From Ministeria vibrans ATCC 50519 (Eukaryota; Protista; Filasterea): 60,283 nucleotides of DNA. Of the stretch, positions 51,177 through 57,379 are shown piece by piece. The first letter of the stretch is position 1; the number at the start of each line of letters is the position of its first letter. The stretch is from contig CALSCP010000470.1 in assembly GCA_943704425.1 (NCBI GenBank), forward strand, positions 3,178-63,460. Reading direction: 5' to 3'. The notes under the pieces are model-generated. The model saw only the letters and a list, made by a program, of their open reading frames with translations. It was not told where the DNA came from and did not search any database. The translations under genes and the position numbers were made by a program.

Positions 51177-51304
51177 AAAAACAGTGTGAAAGGGCATTTT
51201 TGGAACTTCGGACTCTTATGAACTGTACTTTATAATGTAGGGCAAAAATATAGGCAGAAAAATTGGTGGTTAGCAGGCCTGTAAAATCAAGTCTGTTATC
51301 CAGT
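51177..51304 (+). repeat. Left terminal inverted repeat
   Basis: First 74 bp match the right TIR perfectly, then imperfectly to about 128 bp. A ~31-bp subterminal unit (GGTTAgCAGGCCTG..AAAxxCAAGTCTGTTA) is repeated at ~51268 and ~51316. Confidence 0.95.
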
Positions 51305-51432
51305 AAAAAGGAGTAGGTTAACAGGCCTGAAAACCCAAGTCTGTTAGTCGAGGCGAAAGCCGAGTGAAAAGTAACGTAATAGTAGGTAAAGAAGGCGGTA
51401 ATAAAAGAGTGTAGCAAGCCACTGAAACCCTG

Positions 51433-51669
51433 CTACTCTTCCTCTGAGTCGGAGTCTGAGTCAGGTACAATGCAGTTGATACAAATGTTATCCCCGCGAT
51501 CGTAGTACAGTGGGTGTTCTTCACAAGTAGTCATATGCAAAACATGTTTGTCTGAGTCATTCTTGTCATTCAGTTTCCAGGTTGATGCCACTGCCCCGGA
51601 TTCATTCCAGAATGCAACAAGAATCGACTCATCTAACTTGGAAGTCACTCTTACGCATTCTGCGGGCAT
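51433..51669 (-). CDS. Small hypothetical protein with a possible CxxH..CxxC motif and acidic tail
   Basis: 78-aa ATG ORF ending CEEHPLYYDRGDNICINCIVPDSDSDSEEE. May be a fragment. Confidence 0.35.
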   Translation of the reverse strand: MPAECVRVTSKLDESILVAFWNESGAVASTWKLNDKNDSDKHVLHMTTCEEHPLYYDRGDNICINCIVPDSDSDSEEE

Positions 51670-51765
51670 TCAGACACTAACTCCAGTGGTGTATATGTGG
51701 ATAATCGCTCAAAAGATGTTACAAATTGATGTTGCAAGTGGGCATGTTAACTTAGTGGAGTCACT

Positions 51766-51792
51766 CTAATTATTATCTAACATGAGAGTATA
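51766..51792 (+). promoter_or_regulatory. Conserved AT-rich upstream motif with TCTA core (copy 1)
   Basis: CTAATTATTATCTAACATGAGAGTATA-ATG; nearly identical to 52708-52737. Confidence 0.65.
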
Positions 51793-52138
51793 ATGGGGTT
51801 TTTCGATTCCGTCAAGAATTTTGCTGGATCAACACCAAGGAACACTGAGATCCTTCGTAAACCAGCAGCTTAACAACGGTCTTCACATGGCTATTGATAA
51901 AGTCTCTGCCGGGAAAGCATCAGACAACAAATTCAAACAATTTCTGCGCAAACAGGTTGCTGATAACAAGAAGCAAATTCTTTCAGCATCTCACACACAG
52001 CTCAACAAGGGACTGAACAAAGGCATTGGTAAGGCTAAGGCAAAGTTGGCCCCGATGCCTGGTGCTAACGGAGGTGGTGTACGTGGTGGAAAGAAGAAGA
52101 AGAAAGGAAAGAAAGGCAAGAAGGGAAACAAGAAGTAA
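51793..52138 (+). pseudogene. Small basic protein (putative viral core/DNA-condensing protein) with a 1-nt frameshift after codon ~10
   Basis: ATG 51793 reads MGFFDSVKNF and is 1 nt out of frame with the ORF LDQHQG..NGGGVRGGKKKKKGKKGKKGNKK*. Could be a true frameshift or an assembly error. Confidence 0.55.
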
Positions 52139-52207
52139 ATAAGCGTCTAATATATGACTATTAAGCGGTACTCAAGGTATTAAGAATATCTTAAGTATAG
52201 TTATACA

Positions 52208-52711
52208 ATGCCAGAATACTTTGATTGCGACTGTGGAAAACAGTACTCTAAGAAGAACAAGAAACAGCATGAAAGATCACTGTTTCACAAGGAAAACACA
52301 CAACAAGTGAAAAATCCTGATATGGTAGAAACAGAACGGTTACAGAACGAGATTTCCGATGCTATTAACTCTGAAAAACCTAAGCATGAAGTAGATACCC
52401 TAATGAGGCAGTATGTAGAACATGCAAGAAGAACTGGTTGTGGAGACAATGAAGAGCTTTCATTTATTGAAACACTCTTAACTAAAGCGGTTAAACCTGT
52501 CAGACATGAAGTAGACACAAACATTGAGCGAATGGTAGGAAATGAGAAACATCTCATTGCAACTGGCACATTAGTCAAGGTTAAGGGAGATGATAAGGGT
52601 CTGTATAAGGTTGTGAGAGAGCGCAAGGGACTGCACTCATTAAAGGATTTCAGAACAGGAAACCCGATCCGGTCACAGCAATATCTAGGTACCGACCTAA
52701 TTCGCTGCTAA
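52208..52711 (+). CDS. C2H2-type zinc-finger protein with C-terminal SH3-like domain (virus-type)
   Basis: N-terminal CDCGKQYSKKNKKQHERSLFH. C-terminal GTLVKVKG..LYKVV..HSLKD..G.PI..Y..DL pattern. Confidence 0.6.
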   Translation: MPEYFDCDCGKQYSKKNKKQHERSLFHKENTQQVKNPDMVETERLQNEISDAINSEKPKHEVDTLMRQYVEHARRTGCGDNEELSFIETLLTKAVKPVRHEVDTNIERMVGNEKHLIATGTLVKVKGDDKGLYKVVRERKGLHSLKDFRTGNPIRSQQYLGTDLIRC

Positions 52712-52737
52712 TTAATATCTAACTAAGAGTATAATAA
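52708..52737 (+). promoter_or_regulatory. Conserved AT-rich upstream motif with TCTA core (copy 2)
   Basis: CTAATTAATATCTAACTAAGAGTATAATAA-ATG. Confidence 0.65.
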
Positions 52738-53475
52738 ATGACTTCCAAAACAGGTGGAATATCCGAGATTATGTTTGGCGATGACTACCGCCGAGAACTG
52801 CAAGTTACGCGTGGGTTCACAGAAGATGGAGGAACTTCGTATGGAGATATCTCTAATGATGCGATCGTGTTCCCTGGCACTGCATTAACTATGTTGTTAG
52901 CGAGCACGGACGCAAATGATACCAGTGCTGGAACAGGATGTGAAGAGGTGCTTGTTAAGGGGCTCAATAGTAACTGGGACAGAGTTGAAGAAACAGTCGT
53001 ACTTAATGGTCTAACAGGCGTAAATATGGTGTCTTCTTTGATCCGTGTTAACTCTGTGGAAGCTGCTGTAGTAGGCTCTAATGGTGGAAATTCTGGACTT
53101 GTTAGAGTGGGTTCTGGTGTTGTGACAGCTGGTGTTCCAGCTATTGTGTACCGAACTATCCCCGTTATTGACTCATCTTTTGTTAACCGTGACATGGACT
53201 GCTTCTTTTCAGTACCTAAATCCTATCATGCTTATGTCCTAAGAGCGCGTGTAAATGGCTCTGATAGTGGTCAAATACAGATCTGGGCACAGACTGATGG
53301 TGCGCCTGCTAAGCTCATGTTTAGCTCAATGTTTGAGAATGATATGGACATGAAATTCGATCACTTCAAAGTTCCTGAGAAAACAGATGTCTGGGTGCTT
53401 GCTAAGTGTCTTTCTAGTGGAGTAACATTACATGCTCAAATGGAGTATTGTCTGAGTTACAGTCCTGGGCAATAA
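52738..53475 (+). CDS. Beta-rich phage/virus-type hypothetical protein (possible virion structural protein)
   Basis: Intact 245-aa intronless ORF with STDANDTSAGTG..VLVKGL..NW..VEETVVLNG..V, FSVP and VPEKTDV motifs. I recognise these from uncharacterised proteins of aquatic dsDNA viruses (from memory, not searched). Confidence 0.6.
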   Translation: MTSKTGGISEIMFGDDYRRELQVTRGFTEDGGTSYGDISNDAIVFPGTALTMLLASTDANDTSAGTGCEEVLVKGLNSNWDRVEETVVLNGLTGVNMVSSLIRVNSVEAAVVGSNGGNSGLVRVGSGVVTAGVPAIVYRTIPVIDSSFVNRDMDCFFSVPKSYHAYVLRARVNGSDSGQIQIWAQTDGAPAKLMFSSMFENDMDMKFDHFKVPEKTDVWVLAKCLSSGVTLHAQMEYCLSYSPGQ

Positions 53476-53560
53476 TTGGTTACATATATTTTATTATGAG
53501 TCTATTTGACTCGTAACAGATCGCCGCTAGTCGCTATCTTAGACTTATATCAGACACGTT

Positions 53561-54429
53561 TTAGTCTGTATCACTGCTTTCGCCATCGTCCGAATTGCCT
53601 TCGGCAACAAGTTCCTCGCCGAAGATTGCGCAGATTTGCTCTTCGGTCATTTTGCCCATCTTGCGGAGGGCTTCCTTAGCAGCTGCGTTCGTCGCCTTCG
53701 AGTTCTTCAGTTCTTCGTTAACAGCCTTATTCGCCTTCTTGTTATCCTTCTCGATACTATCACGCGAATGAGTAACAAAGTGTTTTCCCAACCAAAAAGG
53801 ACCATCATTGAGACCCTAACATAAAGCTATTAGTTATCTATTAGATGTACTTTAGGTGCTTACCTGCATTGTGAGCAGCTTATCGTCACTTCCATCCTGA
53901 TCAACTCGCTCTTGCAATGTTGAATACGCAATGCAACCTCCAATGATGTGTGGGATAACATTTTGCTTGAAGTTATCTCGTGCGCCCTCTTTGAAAGACC
54001 TTCATCATAGTACGTCGTAGTGCGAGTAATCCAAATGTTTCACGTCATCGTATGTCTTCTTGATCTGAAACAGACAGGGTTAATCAGAGTCTATCAGAGT
54101 GTCACTTGTCAGCAACTTACGCGCGTTTTCTTGGCACTTGCAACGCCTTTATCAGTCTTTTGCTTTTTCGTTTTTTTCGGTGTGACAGAGGTATCGCCCC
54201 CTTCTTCTTCTTCTTCGTCTTCGTCTTCATCTCCGTCTACATCAGCTTGCTTGATATCAGCCTTAGTAGGTGGCGTGAAAGTCGGATCTTCCTCGCTCTC
54301 GCGTTTGCGCTTCGCGCTCGTCTTCTTCTTCTTCTGCGACTTCTGTTCTGCTGGGTCGCTCATTACGCTGTCTATGGGTTGATGTAAGGAGGCACTGGGG
54401 TTGTGGATAACTGTTGGGCTTGATGGCAT
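53561..54429 (-). pseudogene. Three-exon gene for a charged, NLS-bearing protein with two adjacent in-frame TGA codons in exon 2
   Basis: Exons 54429-54121, 54064-53864, 53815-53561. Introns GTAAGT..CAG (56 nt) and GTAAGC..TAG (48 nt) are both phase 0 and keep one frame: ..AKKTR|IKKTYDDVKHLDYSHYDVL**RSFKEGARDNFK..LLTMQ|GLNDGPFWLGKHF..DTD*. Confidence 0.65.
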
Positions 54430-54619
54430 GAATAATAATGATTTTTAAGAGTGCAAAAACTGCAAAACTATTGATCAACAACCTATTTGGCGAATGACTG
54501 TTCGCGAACATTCAGATTTTTTTTTATCTTTTTTCTTCGCGAAGAATCGGAAAAATCGTCTTTCTCGTCACCTGACAAAAACACACGCTCTTCATCACTC
54601 AAAGTAAGCCACATACGTA

Positions 54620-55125
54620 TCCAGGTGTTGTGTGTGTCTGTTTGCGGGGGTTGGTGATGGCTGGCGTGCACGGGATCTATGTCCTCGTTTGGTGTCATCA
54701 AAATAAGCGAGAACGCAAACAATTGCGCTTACGTGAAATTGCCGTGGAATTTCTGCCTGCTGTATGGCACATTGGCATGCAGGGGCTGTGTGGGTGCGTT
54801 TGCGGGTGTCGGCGAGGGCTGGCGTGGGCGGGATTGGTGAGAATCTACGGTCTCATGACCTCAAACAAACCATCGAAAAATCGCCCTGCTGTAAAATTGC
54901 ACGCTTGTCAACAGTCACATATGTGTACAGGGGTTGTCTGTGTCCATTTGCGGGGGTCGGCGGGGGTTGGCGGGCGCGGGATCTAAAGTTATAGCGTTTA
55001 GAGAAATACACGAGCGCAATCGCCGGCGAATTTCTACGTGCTTTGACTGCTTTCGAGCACATGGGTGTCTGGGGGTTGGGTGGGTCCGTTTGCGGGGGCC
55101 GGCATGATGGTGTAGGGTGGTATTG
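54620..55125. repeat. Four degenerate ~140-160-bp G-rich tandem units
   Basis: Core TTTGCGGG[G/T]G at 54641, 54799, 54947 and 55089, with shared flanks (GGGG(T/C)TG..TG upstream; GGCG..GG(C/T)TGGCG..CGGGAT downstream). Confidence 0.7.
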
Positions 55126-55223
55126 AATTTTCTCCTTCATTCCCCCTTAGGGATCTTAGGATCTCTCTCCTTGCTTGTTTGAGTCAACGAGAAGGTTCGC
55201 AATCATTAAAAACTTCCACTGTT

Positions 55224-56510
55224 ATGGCACTGAACGTGACGAAGTATATGGCGGGTTTGAATGTCGTTGCTAAAATTTGTCAAACACGCGACAATCACTG
55301 CCACATCGAAGACCAAGACAAAGCACCATTGTATTTAGCGGAGTTGGAAAAGGAAAGCAACTCTTATGCGGTCGTGTTGAATAGCCTGGCGGTATATTTG
55401 GACCAAATTGGTGTTTGCTCTGCAATGGCATTGGAACCGGCGAATGGCAAGCTGAGACTCACCTACACCTCAAACAAATCTAAACAAGCACCACCACAGT
55501 TTCTTGTGGGGATCTGTAACGTGAGCAATGTAGAAATGACCGTCAGGGATGCTGCCCAATGCATATTAGACTCTGTTGAATTGACTCAGCGGCAACGCGA
55601 TTTTGTGGAGATGGTCGCAGACCGTCACATAAATACGGATAGTGGAGAGGACACACGTACTCTGGACTCTGTTTCGGAGATGCTTCTAGATGCTATCTTG
55701 ACCTATTCGACTCTCAACGCAACAAATGAGTTGCTAAAGGGCGATTTTTGTGAATTGTATGTTGAAATCGTGTCACTTTGCCGGGCTACACTTCGTCTCG
55801 GCCTCGAAACTTCGGAACAAGTATTCAACACCATCGGATATGAAATGGCTGTAAACACTGAACATGTGCGCAAGTGCGTATCTGCTCAGCGTACAATGAA
55901 AGGCATCTCCCGTCACCTTGAAACCCTTCATGAGAAGTCTGCATCTCAAAATTCACGCGAACACACCAGTAAATATCGCCGGCATAAAGAGTTATCGGAG
56001 GACTGTTGTCCCGTGCTTCAGCACGCGATGAATCTCAACAAGGAGCTGAGTATCACCGGAATGCGTAAAGTGCGGGACTTGCTCGTAGGTGAAATAGAGT
56101 CTCATCAGAATTTCGTGAACCTGGATCTGTTGAAAGGCCTCATAAACGACGTTGCAGCTGCCGTCAAGAAACTTCAGTATCCTGAGTTTGAAGTCTGCTA
56201 CGTAGACACGGACAACCCGGTCCATTGCGAAATTAAGCTGTTTCAGCACTTTCAGGCAAAATTCAATACGGATCTTTTTAAGAATTGGCCATTGTGTATC
56301 GCACGTTTTGGTGTGTCGAAGCCGTGCTGTCTGAGCTGTACGTTCTGGATGTTCAAAAAAAACTCATTGGACCTCTTCTCGTGTACGTGCAACGAAGTCT
56401 TTCCCAAGTGGTGCTTCCCTGACTCGAAGCTGTCTCTCAGAGCAAGTTACACGCTCCCCTCCTTGGTGTCTGAAGCTAGCGTTTATCCCACCATCAAAGT
56501 TATGGCGTAA
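55224..56510 (+). CDS. OTT_1508-like Zn-dependent nucleic acid/nucleotide deaminase
   Basis: Intronless 428-aa ORF from ATG 55224. N-terminal LNSLAVYL..VCSAMAL..LTYTSN, helical middle, then VHCEIKL (HxE), FGVSKPCCLSC (SKxCCxxC) and VFPKWCFP. This is the motif set of the OTT_1508 deaminase clade. Confidence 0.85.
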   Translation: MALNVTKYMAGLNVVAKICQTRDNHCHIEDQDKAPLYLAELEKESNSYAVVLNSLAVYLDQIGVCSAMALEPANGKLRLTYTSNKSKQAPPQFLVGICNVSNVEMTVRDAAQCILDSVELTQRQRDFVEMVADRHINTDSGEDTRTLDSVSEMLLDAILTYSTLNATNELLKGDFCELYVEIVSLCRATLRLGLETSEQVFNTIGYEMAVNTEHVRKCVSAQRTMKGISRHLETLHEKSASQNSREHTSKYRRHKELSEDCCPVLQHAMNLNKELSITGMRKVRDLLVGEIESHQNFVNLDLLKGLINDVAAAVKKLQYPEFEVCYVDTDNPVHCEIKLFQHFQAKFNTDLFKNWPLCIARFGVSKPCCLSCTFWMFKKNSLDLFSCTCNEVFPKWCFPDSKLSLRASYTLPSLVSEASVYPTIKVMA

Positions 56511-56881
56511 AATTTGGGTGCTAATTGAGAGCAACCACACATACACAAAAAAAATATTAATAAACTCGAAAATAATAATAATAGCATTGTTTAGTATCTG
56601 CCAATATTTCTTCTTGCTCTACTTCGGGCCTTGCATATTCTCTATTATGATCTTTATTCAGCTAACGATTCTGTTTTACCAGGCATTAACATGTCTTTGG
56701 AATTTACTCGATGAGATATCACGAGCCGCGCACTTGTGCTCTTACCCTCCTTACTCGTTTGACCTATTCTCTCGGGCCATCCCCCTGCTCGTGGCTTATC
56801 AGTGAGAGTTATCACTACGTTCTAACCCTACTGCGCTGCCGCCCGATAGGGTCATATATCTGCTCCGCATGATTCCCAATC

Positions 56882-57006
56882 ACTGGCTAACACACTTGAT
56901 TTTACAGGCCCGCTAACTACATTTTTTCTGCCTATTTTTGCCCTACATTATAAAGTACAGTTCATAAGAGTCCGAAGTTCCAAAAATGCCCTTTCACACT
57001 GTTTTT
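56882..57006 (-). repeat. Right terminal inverted repeat
   Basis: Reverse complement of 51177-51304. Confidence 0.95.
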
Positions 57007-57379
57007 TTCGTTCACAACAGGTGGGATCCGCTTAGTGGAAGGGCGCGTTGGAATTGCTTACGATCACGCGCCGGTTGCATCGCGCAAACTCCAAAACGAA
57101 TAAAAGAACGTTTTGTAGATCAGACAACTGAATAGAGTAATATTTAACCTAACACCTCTCGGTTGGCCCTTCCGCTCCCTATTTTTGGGTACTATGCTGT
57201 GGGATGTCGATCGATGAATTGGCAACTGCTCGAATGGAGGGAGGGCTATGACGCAGTAGAACATCGCCTCTCTGATTGTGTACTAAACGTGTACTAAACT
57301 TCTCACAGACGGAAAGGGAAGACGGAAAAGGAGGAAAAGAGAAATCAAAAAGGACATATGGATGCACGAGGGTGAAGCA

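Larger units (their letters stand above)
51177..57006. mobile_element. 5,830-bp TIR-bounded non-autonomous DNA element with a 6-bp TSD (TTCGTT); Polinton/virophage association inferred
   Basis: Left end AAAAACAGTGTGAAAGGGCATTTTTGGAAC... is the reverse complement of right end ...GTTCCAAAAATGCCCTTTCACACTGTTTTT. TTCGTT lies at 51171-51176 and 57007-57012. The interior is visibly more AT-rich than host genes and lacks microsatellites. Confidence 0.9.

Noticed and set aside
53825-53850. Minus-strand TCTA as a promoter for ORF 53561-53791
   Set aside because: It lies inside a predicted 48-nt intron and is better explained as a CTAAT branch-point-like sequence.
51182-57001. Reading the element as Tc1/mariner (CAGTG termini) or CACTA
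   Set aside because: CAGTG is flanked by AA/TT rather than a TA duplication, and the 5' end is CAGTG, not CACTA/G. Including the A5/T5 in the TIR gives an exact 6-bp TSD.
51177-57006. Complete Polinton or virophage genome
   Set aside because: Too short, and no pPolB, rve core, packaging ATPase, protease or double jelly-roll capsid motifs were found.
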